64,000 bases of DNA from Candidatus Levyibacteriota bacterium (GTDB taxonomy: Bacteria; Patescibacteriota; Microgenomatia; Levybacterales; UBA12049). The stretch is taken from assembly GCA_016182185.1 (NCBI GenBank), contig JACOXU010000001.1:207251-271250 (forward strand), written 5' to 3'. Below the pieces are notes generated by a model. That model was not told the DNA's origin. It did no database searches and saw only the letters and a list, made by a program, of their open reading frames with translations. This document shows positions 37,812-47,143 of this stretch, one piece after another. Within the stretch, counting starts at the first letter, position 1, and the number at the start of each line of letters is the position of its first letter. The translations under genes and the position numbers were made by a program.

Positions 37812-40387
37812 TCTGAAACGGAGATTTTAGGTACCAGCCGTAGGCTTTCTACGACGACATTTCCAGGAAAATTGCTAAAATCAAGACTTATCTTCTGAAT
37901 TTTTCTTTTTAAAAATTGTCCTGGTAAGCTATAATTTTCAGATTCGTAAATTGGAATTTTGTATGCATGAAACTTCCCATCAACTGCAATTTTGAAATAA
38001 AAACTTGTTTGGTCTTGGGGAATATTTGTAAGATTTGTTTCCCATGTCAACTTCCCAAATGAATAATCGGGTATTTCAGTAAATTTTGAATTCATAACGT
38101 ATGCATGAAGGTTGTATAAATCTTCTTTTAATTCTTGTCTGCTAGACCACAAATTAAATATCCCTACTGCATCTGCAAGCACCGGCTCAACTTCATCAAG
38201 CTTGACAAAACTTCCTTTTTGAGTTGAATCAACACTTGCTCTAACAAAACGCGCATTATAAGTCTTGGGCCATTTATCTAATATTTCCCATCTTGTATTA
38301 TTCTTAACAGTCATAACCTTTTCCCAAGCTTTCCCGTCCTTAGATACCTCATAGTTATAATCCTGAGGAAGTAGCGGGTCATCTTTGATCCCTCCCATTA
38401 TGAAACCTGAAAGCTCGTATTCTTTTCCCAAATCCATAATAAACCACCCTGGTAAACAATCTGCCCACCAGGTAGAGCGTGTTCCGAAATTCCCGTCGAC
38501 TAGATGATCTGGATCAAACATTAGCATGTTTCCGCGGGTTCTACACACCTCTAAAATTTTTCTATCTATCATCTCCTCGTAGCTTTTGGAATACGCCAAC
38601 AATGCTTTTAATTTTTCTTCGGTCATTTGAGCATCATCCTGTTCCTTGGGTATTTTTGCTGGAAACAAATCAGCTTTTAAACTAATCTCTGCGATATATG
38701 GAATTTCAACGGGAGATATATCATCAACAGAAAGGTTTAAAAAAGATTTCTGAGACTGTTCATTTGAGAGGTTAAATTGAACTGTTTTCTGATGCAATAT
38801 TACTTCTTTTACCTCATCTGTGTAATTAACAACGCCAATATCTGGATCGAAATCAATAAAATGTAGATTCTGAAAAACAGAGGGTTCATGTTTTATAAGC
38901 GTGATGACTTTTTCCATCTCGCCATACGACCAATCTGTTCTTAAGGTTGATAAACCCTTATAGTAAAATTCTTTAGAAAAGTACCATTCCCATAAATAGT
39001 CTCCCAGTTGATATGAATAGGGATACACGTAAAGAATACTATCTTTTGAATAACTTGGGAATGTTTTTAAAAAAGTTGAATAAAAAAGTTTCTGAGCACG
39101 AAACATATCAGAATACATCCTATCCTGTTCTGTCCAGAGAAAAAAAATATTCCCTACGATATTTAAAAAAAATATACCGCCAATAAGAATCAATCCAAAC
39201 GACTTTCTAAGCTTTTTAAGTTTAAGGCTCAATAGGGAAATTACGATAAACAGTGATGTTCCATAAAAAGCGAAATAACGCCATCTATTTTCGTCATAAC
39301 TATAGTTCCGAAGAAACATGTTTTCATCCATGCTGATTGCCGTTGAATAGAAAAATGTCGGAACGGTTATCATCACAATTGAAAAAAGAAGTAATTTGAA
39401 GTACTTACTTTTTTTTTGCTTATAGACAACATAGAACGCGCTGGCATAGATAAGAAACCCCAAGACAGAAAAGAAATATACTTTTGCAATTTTTTGCGGC
39501 AGTAAAATGACAACAATCTCACGCAACGTATTTAACACCGGATAGGGAATTACGTGAGGAGGAAGATATGTGCCAAATGATGCAATAGAAATAAAAAAAT
39601 ATTCTAAATATCTTTTCTGAGTAAGAAGTACGAACTGGAATTTTACTCTTTCATCGATGAAATAATTGGGCGGTTCAAGAAAACTTTTTGAGAGAACAAA
39701 GTAAATACATGCAATAATGATAAGTGGAAGCTGCGGAAGGAGAAAACGTATGATTTTCTTTCCATTTGCTAAAATAGACTCTTTCTTATGATGGGGAAAA
39801 AAAAAGATGATATCGAAAAAAAGCAAAATAGGAAAAAATATAAGTCCCAGTTCACGAAGAGGCAGAGTGATTACAAGAGAAATAAATGCAATAATATAAC
39901 TTGCTGCGGCGTGTTTTTTTTCTCGAAATTGTTTATAAAAAAATAATGCTATAAAAAATAAAAAAAACTGTAAACTATAAACTCCTTCCTGGCTTCCAAA
40001 AGTAATCGCATCGATCCAGGACAAGTTTGCAGAAAACCATATACCAGTAAGAAAGCCTATTACTCTGCTTTTCGCAAGATTTGTTGTTAAAACAATAAGC
40101 ATGAATGTTGCGAGAATATGAAATAAGATAGCTGTTGCATACCAGCCAGCAGGATTAACGCCAAATAACTTGTAATTTATGAATGATAAAAACCCATGGC
40201 TTCTAATAAGGTTCACTAGGGTAAACTGCTCCCCGGTTGTGCCAATCAGCCATCCGATTTCTCTATTTGCATGGAAGGAGAAATTAAATACTTTATAAAA
40301 ACCGACCAATACAAGGCTTGCGACAATAACAAATTGTAAGAGATATGACTGTAAAATTTTTTTAAATATTAATTTTGCAATTATCAT
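37808..40387 (-). CDS. GT-C-like membrane protein with C-terminal discoidin (F5/8 type C, CBM32-like) domain
   Basis: Multi-TM N-half (H.L, RE, RWRY); LVDGN..STWW..WFIMDLG..YEVSKDG..W..ARFVR; ATG 40387 (TAATG coupling). Confidence 0.65.
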   Translation of the reverse strand: MIIAKLIFKKILQSYLLQFVIVASLVLVGFYKVFNFSFHANREIGWLIGTTGEQFTLVNLIRSHGFLSFINYKLFGVNPAGWYATAILFHILATFMLIVLTTNLAKSRVIGFLTGIWFSANLSWIDAITFGSQEGVYSLQFFLFFIALFFYKQFREKKHAAASYIIAFISLVITLPLRELGLIFFPILLFFDIIFFFPHHKKESILANGKKIIRFLLPQLPLIIIACIYFVLSKSFLEPPNYFIDERVKFQFVLLTQKRYLEYFFISIASFGTYLPPHVIPYPVLNTLREIVVILLPQKIAKVYFFSVLGFLIYASAFYVVYKQKKSKYFKLLLFSIVMITVPTFFYSTAISMDENMFLRNYSYDENRWRYFAFYGTSLFIVISLLSLKLKKLRKSFGLILIGGIFFLNIVGNIFFLWTEQDRMYSDMFRAQKLFYSTFLKTFPSYSKDSILYVYPYSYQLGDYLWEWYFSKEFYYKGLSTLRTDWSYGEMEKVITLIKHEPSVFQNLHFIDFDPDIGVVNYTDEVKEVILHQKTVQFNLSNEQSQKSFLNLSVDDISPVEIPYIAEISLKADLFPAKIPKEQDDAQMTEEKLKALLAYSKSYEEMIDRKILEVCRTRGNMLMFDPDHLVDGNFGTRSTWWADCLPGWFIMDLGKEYELSGFIMGGIKDDPLLPQDYNYEVSKDGKAWEKVMTVKNNTRWEILDKWPKTYNARFVRASVDSTQKGSFVKLDEVEPVLADAVGIFNLWSSRQELKEDLYNLHAYVMNSKFTEIPDYSFGKLTWETNLTNIPQDQTSFYFKIAVDGKFHAYKIPIYESENYSLPGQFLKRKIQKISLDFSNFPGNVVVESLRLVPKISVSE

Positions 40388-41139
40388 TACTTCTTGCGGC
40401 AAACAAAAATGAAACAATAACTCAAATTAAAAGGTACGAATTTGTTAAAGAACACGTTATAAAGTTTTATTATGAGAGGATGTGCGAATCTGGTACCTCC
40501 TAGATGGTTATATACGCTTGCCGATTCTATTTCAAGACCTCCTTTAGCCAGAACTTCTCTCCAGCCCTGATATGTATAAAATTTCTCGTTATTGTAATCA
40601 TATATGTTCTCGCCGCTATTTGTAGTTCCTCCGTGGGTGGGCATAAGGCCACGACGTAATGCGAGCCATACATAACCTACAAACATAAGATTTGGCACAA
40701 ATATAACTGCCCGTCCATTATTCTTAAGAACGCGGGCGATTTCCCTTGCGCCTTTCACTGGATTTTGGTAGTACTCAAGTCCGCCAAGACAGGAAACAAA
40801 ATCGAATTGGCTGCTCGTAAAGGAGAGCGCTTCTCCGTCATCTACGGAAAACGTTGCATTTGGAACAATTTTTTTTGCATTAGTAATTGCGTATCTTGAA
40901 ATATCTGATCCGTAAAGTTCAAGGTAATTATTCTTTTCATTAATTTGTTTAATTAGTAGTCCTTTTCCGCAAGCCACGTCCAATAACCTTCCTCTTGTTT
41001 TACTGGTGATGCCTAAAGCCTGCATGACATTCCTGTTGGAGAACGAAAAGTCTTTTATGCTTTTTTCTATATCAAGTTGGTAAACTTCTTTATGCCAACG
41101 ATCGTATAGTTCCTGCTTGGTTCTATTCCTTTTTCTCAT
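40387..41139 (-). CDS. Class I SAM-dependent methyltransferase
   Basis: LLDVACGKG, SDIS, FDFV..LE, RVLK. Confidence 0.88.
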   Translation of the reverse strand: MRKRNRTKQELYDRWHKEVYQLDIEKSIKDFSFSNRNVMQALGITSKTRGRLLDVACGKGLLIKQINEKNNYLELYGSDISRYAITNAKKIVPNATFSVDDGEALSFTSSQFDFVSCLGGLEYYQNPVKGAREIARVLKNNGRAVIFVPNLMFVGYVWLALRRGLMPTHGGTTNSGENIYDYNNEKFYTYQGWREVLAKGGLEIESASVYNHLGGTRFAHPLIIKLYNVFFNKFVPFNLSYCFIFVCRKK

Positions 41140-41752
41140 TGTTTACTATTGCTAAATTATATGCACGAAAAGGTTCTAAAAAGGGAACTTTTTCCATAAA
41201 AAATTCAAAAATTTTGAAAGGGAAACGTACGAAAGAAGGATATGCGTGTGCTTCAAAATATTTAAACTGGGACCTAGGAAATATTGAGCGGATTATTCTT
41301 ATAAAATATCCTTTCGTAAAATGATTATGACCTTCCATTTTGACCATATGCGGGTAGAAAAGAGGATTATACCTATTGGCCTCAAGAATAATAATCTTCC
41401 CCCCCCGCTTACAAACCCTTCTTAGCTCCTTTAAACCATCGAGATGCAACCTAGTACTTTGATTTTTCTCATCTATGTGATGGAGTACATCGTGTAAAAA
41501 AACGTAATCAAAAGAATTATCTTTGAAAGGAATTTTGTAGATACTTCCTTTCTTAAAATTAAGAGCTTTTATGTTTTTGATGTTTTTGTCCTTATAAATA
41601 TCTGTCCCCCATGTTTTTAGACTATATTTTTCAATAAAAATTTTATCATCATCACCGTCGCCGCATCCCACATCCAGAAGTGTGTTTCCTTTTTTGAAGG
41701 AAAGTCCCATTTTTTCAAAAATATCTTTTTTGTAAAGCTGTTTTACAGTCAT
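41123..41752 (-). CDS. Class I SAM-dependent methyltransferase (type 11)
   Basis: LLDVGCGDG, PFKDNSFD..DVLHH, RVCKRGG. Confidence 0.9.
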   Translation of the reverse strand: MTVKQLYKKDIFEKMGLSFKKGNTLLDVGCGDGDDDKIFIEKYSLKTWGTDIYKDKNIKNIKALNFKKGSIYKIPFKDNSFDYVFLHDVLHHIDEKNQSTRLHLDGLKELRRVCKRGGKIIILEANRYNPLFYPHMVKMEGHNHFTKGYFIRIIRSIFPRSQFKYFEAHAYPSFVRFPFKIFEFFMEKVPFLEPFRAYNLAIVNNEKKE

Positions 41753-42936
41753 ACAAATACTCTTTTCAGGTGCTTAGCAAGAAGAGACGGATAATCAAAT
41801 TGTTTTGCATACCGAAGAGATGATCTCCTATATTCTTTTAAGCGTTTGTCATTACCTATGATTGATATTATAGCACTTGCTGCTTCTTTCGAACTCTCTT
41901 TTATTACTATTCCTCCTCCTGCATCCTGAATATCATACGCATTATAGAAAGTATCAGTCATAACAACAGGTATACCAGCTCCTAAATATAATTTAGTCTT
42001 TGCAGGATCCGCATAAAAGGTGAGACCACTTTCATCTTCATTGGTATATGTTGCAATACCTACACCACATGAAGCAATAATATTTTCCACTTCTTTGTGA
42101 TCTTCGACATATCCCATAAATTTTACATTATCTGAAACTCCTAAATTCTTTGCTAATTTTTCAAGCGAGTTTTTATAATCACCTTTTCCGATAATAATAA
42201 GAATAAAATCAGGGATTCTTTCAAGAATTATCGGCATTGCGCGAATAACAATTTGAACACCCATTCTTTTGACAATATGTCCTACAAATATTGCTGAATG
42301 TTTATTAACATTGAAAAATGGTAATCTTTTAATTCTATCAATCCAGACACCCTCAGGGACAAGTTTTTGTTTTTTGTCATACTTATTATTCAACTCAAGT
42401 AGATTCCGTCTTCCTTCAATCACTCTAGGGGACAGTATCCAAACTTCATCGGAAAAAATTACTGCAAGTTTTTCAACCCAATGATAAAAATTATTCAAAA
42501 GTTTATTTTCAAATCTTTGAGGGACGAAATCGACTGTATAAAAAATGACCTTATCTACAAAACCCAGTTTTTTTAAAATTACTCCAGATATGGTATTGAG
42601 ATTATCAGCGCCGATGTAAAGATCCCATCTCTTTCTCTTACTCAAAACGAAAACAATATTTAAAATGCCGTCTTTTAAATAAGTCAGTAATCCCTTATTC
42701 TTTAAAAAAGAAAACTTCTTCATTTCTACAGCTTTACCTTTTTTTGAAAAACGATAAAAGGATAGTTCATTTTCTCTTTCTGGATGCAATGGGTGGCCTA
42801 TGTATAAAAGTTTTTTTATTTTTATAATACGAAGGAATTCTTCCAGGTGCTGTATAAATGCAGTTGATGAATAATGTGTTGCAATGATAACAGATTTGTT
42901 TTGAAGAATAGTGTTGTCATTATCGCGCTTGTGCAT
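41749..42936 (-). CDS. GT4 glycosyltransferase
   Basis: FVGH..RMG, IGKG, GYV, DPAKTKLYLGAGIPVV (GT-B). Confidence 0.75.
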   Translation of the reverse strand: MHKRDNDNTILQNKSVIIATHYSSTAFIQHLEEFLRIIKIKKLLYIGHPLHPERENELSFYRFSKKGKAVEMKKFSFLKNKGLLTYLKDGILNIVFVLSKRKRWDLYIGADNLNTISGVILKKLGFVDKVIFYTVDFVPQRFENKLLNNFYHWVEKLAVIFSDEVWILSPRVIEGRRNLLELNNKYDKKQKLVPEGVWIDRIKRLPFFNVNKHSAIFVGHIVKRMGVQIVIRAMPIILERIPDFILIIIGKGDYKNSLEKLAKNLGVSDNVKFMGYVEDHKEVENIIASCGVGIATYTNEDESGLTFYADPAKTKLYLGAGIPVVMTDTFYNAYDIQDAGGGIVIKESSKEAASAIISIIGNDKRLKEYRRSSLRYAKQFDYPSLLAKHLKRVFV

Positions 42937-44026
42937 AAAATTTTTTTATAGCATCACAGATATATTTTATTTGTCCTTTTTTTAATTCATAATAAACAGG
43001 GAGCGATAATCCATTTTTATATGCATAAATTGAATTTGGAAAATTTTGGTCATTGTATTTATACATTTTATAGCAAGGCTGCTTATGCAGAGGATAAAAC
43101 ATTTCTCTAGTTTGAATTCCTTTTTCTTGTAAAAATTCTGTAAGCCCTGGTAGATTTTGGACAAAAATATTAAATCTGAATGGAGTAAAGCTTGAGTATG
43201 AAAGCGGTTTTATTATTTCAACATTCTTAAGATTTACTAAGTATTTTTCATACAAGCTGTGATTTTCTAATCTTTTCTTCAAAATTTTGTCAAATTTTTT
43301 AATCTGCGCGAGACCAACAGCGCATTGAAGATCCGTCATTCTGAAATTATAACCTATTTGAGGATGGATAAAGGAACCGCTTGTTAATCTTCCTTGATTT
43401 CTAAAATACAAAAGTTTTTCGTACAATCTCTTGTCGTTGGTAACAACCATTCCTCCTTCCCCGCCCGTTGTAAAAGCTTTGTCAGCAAAAAAAGAAAAAC
43501 AGCCTAAATCTCCAATAGTTCCCACGTGTTTATTTTTGTAAAACAACCCATGACCCTGACATGCATCTTCGACAATAAATAATTTATTTTTCTTGGCAAT
43601 TTTTTGAATTATATCTATATCGCATGCTGCGCCATAAATATGAACAGGCATTATCGCTTTGGTTTTCTTAGTTATCACTTTTTCGATCTTGTCGGTATCA
43701 ATGTTTAAATCATCAATTTTTACATCAACAAATATTGGTGTTGCGCCTGTTAAATAGACGGCATTCGATGACGCAATCATAGTAAAATCAGGCACTATTA
43801 TCTCATCTCCCGGACCAATACCGAGAACCATTAATGACATATATAAAGCCAGCGTCCCATTTGGAGCAAGAACACCATATTTTGATCCAGTTATTTTCAG
43901 CATTTCTGAAATAAAACTTTTGGCTTTTGGCCCTTCAGTAACCCAGGCATTTCTTAAAGTATCTAAGACTTCTTTTTCTTCATCTTTTGTAAAATATGGA
44001 TAAACTTGTGGAATTATTTGTTTCAT
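42920..44026 (-). CDS. DegT/DnrJ/EryC1/StrS sugar aminotransferase (perosamine synthase-like)
   Basis: NGTLAL, PVHIYG, EDACQ, SFFADKAFTTGGEGG (catalytic Lys), GYNFRMTDLQ. Confidence 0.9.
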   Translation of the reverse strand: MKQIIPQVYPYFTKDEEKEVLDTLRNAWVTEGPKAKSFISEMLKITGSKYGVLAPNGTLALYMSLMVLGIGPGDEIIVPDFTMIASSNAVYLTGATPIFVDVKIDDLNIDTDKIEKVITKKTKAIMPVHIYGAACDIDIIQKIAKKNKLFIVEDACQGHGLFYKNKHVGTIGDLGCFSFFADKAFTTGGEGGMVVTNDKRLYEKLLYFRNQGRLTSGSFIHPQIGYNFRMTDLQCAVGLAQIKKFDKILKKRLENHSLYEKYLVNLKNVEIIKPLSYSSFTPFRFNIFVQNLPGLTEFLQEKGIQTREMFYPLHKQPCYKMYKYNDQNFPNSIYAYKNGLSLPVYYELKKGQIKYICDAIKKFYAQAR

Positions 44027-44030
44027 AAAT

Positions 44031-44963
44031 TTAATCGTTTAAATAGGATTTGTACGTTGTTTTAATTCCTTGTTCAATACCGGTTTCTGGTAACCATTTA
44101 AAAATTTTTTTGCATAGGGAAACATCCATAACTTTATAGGGAGCTCCATCCGGTTTTGTTTTATCAAAGACTAACCTACCTTTATATCCAACAATTTTTT
44201 TAATTAACTTTGCCAAATCTAATATGGTTATTCCCTTGCCAACTCCTATATTTATTGGCTCTATGAAGTAATCGATATTTATAGCTTTGATCAGTGCTTC
44301 AGCCCCATCGTCAACATATAACCATTCTCTGACAGGTTTTCCTGTTCCCCATACCACAACTTCAGATAGCCCCTTCTTTTTGGCATTAATAATTTTCATA
44401 AGAAGAGCTCCTAAAGCATGGGATCTTTCGGGATCAAAGTAATCACCGGGTCCGTACATATTTGGTAAGACTAAGTTGATAAATTTCATTCCGTACTGCC
44501 GTGCATACGCCCATGTTTGCGCCCACTGTGCTTTTCTAACCATGCCGTACACCATAACTGAGGGGTGAAGCGGACCATTCCAAAACTCAGATTCTTTAAA
44601 ATCTTTATTCACCACATCAGGATACGCACAATTGGCAATGGGACTTATAAAAAGCTCAACTCCAGTAAGTCTTGCTGCCTCTATTAAATTTGTGCTGATC
44701 AAAATATTATTAAAATATACTTCACCTGCATGATCCAATCCAAACTTAATTCCGCCTATATAGGCAGCTGAGTGAATTACGATATCAGCTTTATTTTTCC
44801 TGAAGTAGGTAAGGGTTTTGTTAAAATTTCTGAAGTCAACTCCACTAGTTAAAGAGGCAGAAACAACCTTGTATTGTTTTTTTTCTTTTAGTTTTTTGAC
44901 TATCCTTTTACCTAAAAATCCATTTCCACCGGCAACAAAAACAGTTTTATTTATCATGCGCAC
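44031..44963 (-). CDS. GDP-L-fucose synthase/ColC-like epimerase-reductase
   Basis: GGNGFLG, AAYIGGI, NCAYP, NMYGPGD..SHAL, VWGTGKPVREWLYVDD, KPDG. Confidence 0.8.
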   Translation of the reverse strand: MRMINKTVFVAGGNGFLGKRIVKKLKEKKQYKVVSASLTSGVDFRNFNKTLTYFRKNKADIVIHSAAYIGGIKFGLDHAGEVYFNNILISTNLIEAARLTGVELFISPIANCAYPDVVNKDFKESEFWNGPLHPSVMVYGMVRKAQWAQTWAYARQYGMKFINLVLPNMYGPGDYFDPERSHALGALLMKIINAKKKGLSEVVVWGTGKPVREWLYVDDGAEALIKAINIDYFIEPINIGVGKGITILDLAKLIKKIVGYKGRLVFDKTKPDGAPYKVMDVSLCKKIFKWLPETGIEQGIKTTYKSYLND

Positions 44964-44996
44964 AGATTAATCTTCAATATCATATAGAATATACGA

Positions 44997-46208
44997 TCAT
45001 TTTTCAACAGGAATCAAAGGAAGAATAAGGGGATCGCGAGGTCCTGACTTGAAATCGAAAGCGTTCAGCATATTTGCAGATTTCCCATCACGCTCTGTTA
45101 AAGAAGGCAAGTTATAAAGTGTTTGAAAAAATTTTAGTACAGAACTTGTATTATACGTGGTATGATCTATATACCCCTTTTTACTGTAGGCTGAAATTAC
45201 TAAACCTGGCACTCTTGGTCCAGGACCAAACTGGTCTGTTATTTCTGGCTTAACATGATCAAAATAACCCCCGAAATCATCCCAAATAACAATTATGGCT
45301 GTGTCCTTCCAATATTTGCTTTTCATAATTTCGTTTATAACCTCCGTTACATGATTCATTCCCTTTCTCACATTTTGAGGAGGATGCTCGCTTTCTTCCG
45401 CTTCCGGAAAAATCCAGGAGAATTGTGGCAAGGTACCATTTTTTATATCCTTAAAAATTTTATCTCTATGAACAATGTTACTAATGACTTTTTTGTCATT
45501 TTTATGCTGCTTAAAAGTAAGGATGTAATTAAAACCATTAGGGACATTTGTTAGATTATTAAAAGTTTCGCCGGAGTAAAGCTTCCAGCTGATGGAGTAT
45601 TCTTTAAAAAGGTCTATCATGGTCTTTGAAGCTAGATAAGGTTTCTCCATTCTGTTGGTCATCCAACCTTCTGCAGTTGCAGCAATTAAATAAAAATGCG
45701 ACGGCACAGAATATCTGACTCTCACTGCGCTAAAAAGTCTGTCTAAAAGCACAAAATTTTTAGCATATGCCCAGTAATTGGGAATTTCCTTCTCCTCAAA
45801 ATATTGCATTACAACCATCCCGTTAGCATCTTCTCTACCAGTATCAAAATCCTTATGATAGGCTCTTTCTCTTAAACTGGGAGTTTTTGTATTTTGTGTG
45901 CGTCGCAAACCAATTGATGGTTTTTCGCCTGGAAGCCTAGGAAGCAGAGTATTTGGATCAAAACCATCCGCTCCAGGATATGTTCCGAAATAACTATCAA
46001 AACTATGGTTTTCCTGAACTATTAAAACTACCCTTTTAATCGGGTAGCTTGAAACAGCTTTTTTCTGATCAAGTACGATTGGAACTTTTGTTTTATGACG
46101 AACAAAGGTCTTGATAGTTAAGGACAAGGTGACAATTAAGATCAGTAAGGCAAATAGTAAAAATGATTTTCTCATCAAGAAATCCACCATATTTTTTTGT
46201 TTTTTCAT
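44997..46208 (-). CDS. Membrane-anchored phosphoesterase (phospholipase C/acid phosphatase family)
   Basis: N-terminal TM; VVLIVQENHSFDSYFG, SEHPP, WDDFGGYFDHV, GPRVP.LVIS.Y. Confidence 0.88.
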   Translation of the reverse strand: MKKQKNMVDFLMRKSFLLFALLILIVTLSLTIKTFVRHKTKVPIVLDQKKAVSSYPIKRVVLIVQENHSFDSYFGTYPGADGFDPNTLLPRLPGEKPSIGLRRTQNTKTPSLRERAYHKDFDTGREDANGMVVMQYFEEKEIPNYWAYAKNFVLLDRLFSAVRVRYSVPSHFYLIAATAEGWMTNRMEKPYLASKTMIDLFKEYSISWKLYSGETFNNLTNVPNGFNYILTFKQHKNDKKVISNIVHRDKIFKDIKNGTLPQFSWIFPEAEESEHPPQNVRKGMNHVTEVINEIMKSKYWKDTAIIVIWDDFGGYFDHVKPEITDQFGPGPRVPGLVISAYSKKGYIDHTTYNTSSVLKFFQTLYNLPSLTERDGKSANMLNAFDFKSGPRDPLILPLIPVEK

Positions 46209-46237
46209 TAGATATCTAAATACGTAATAAACCCATG

Positions 46238-47143
46238 CTATCTTTTTTTAAAATAGTCTACCGTTTGTCTAAGTCCCTCTCCTATAGTTGTCTTTGGTTG
46301 CCAATTAAGTAGCTTTGACGCTTTATGAATATCTAGTAACCATTCATCCGCTTCCCCCAATCTTTCCGGAATTTGTCCGTAGAAAACCTTAGATTTGCTT
46401 TTTGCGAAAGATAGTATAAGATCTACTATTTTACGTAGAGAATAACTTCTACCGCCGCTAATATTTATTATATTTACACCATTGTTAAATGTTGCTTCTT
46501 TAATTCTAATAAGTGCCTCAACAACGTCATCTATAAAAACATAGTCTCTTTTTTTTAGCCCTGAATTTAGGTCAATTTGTTTATTATTTATTGCCCGGAC
46601 AATAATCTGTGGTATTAATCTATGTATTCTATCGCCTGGCCCATACATAGTTCCTATTCGTGCAATAATTAATTGAAATTTAAATTCTTTTGCATAAATC
46701 ATGCACAATCTTTCGGCCGCCAGTTTAGAAATTGAGTATCCTGAGGGAGGATCCACTTTTGATTCTTCAGTGTAAGGAATATTGCTGTTTCCATATATTT
46801 CTTCTGTACTGATGAAAACAAATTTTTTTGGTGGATAATCTCTTAGAGATTCTAAAAGATTGAGAGTTCCTATCGTATTTATCTCAAGACAATTTTTGTA
46901 TACCTCATAATCCCTTGAAAGATTAACTAAACCCCCTATGTGGTAGATAACTGATGATCTTGCCCTGCTTATTGTTTCTTTTACCTCCTCAGGAAACAAA
47001 AAATTCATCTTTTGAATTTTTAGATTCTTATTTTCGCCTGAAGCAGTCGCAAAAACGTCTACTTTTTGTTTTGAAAGATACGCCAAGAAGCGTCTTCCTA
47101 AAAAACTTGTAGCGCCTGTCATCAATATTGTATCTTTTATCAT
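46238..47143 (-). CDS. NAD-dependent sugar epimerase/reductase (extended SDR)
   Basis: TGATSFLG, STEEIYG, YSISK, YGPG, RDYVFIDD; ATG 47143 (ATGA coupling). Confidence 0.85.
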   Translation of the reverse strand: MIKDTILMTGATSFLGRRFLAYLSKQKVDVFATASGENKNLKIQKMNFLFPEEVKETISRARSSVIYHIGGLVNLSRDYEVYKNCLEINTIGTLNLLESLRDYPPKKFVFISTEEIYGNSNIPYTEESKVDPPSGYSISKLAAERLCMIYAKEFKFQLIIARIGTMYGPGDRIHRLIPQIIVRAINNKQIDLNSGLKKRDYVFIDDVVEALIRIKEATFNNGVNIINISGGRSYSLRKIVDLILSFAKSKSKVFYGQIPERLGEADEWLLDIHKASKLLNWQPKTTIGEGLRQTVDYFKKR

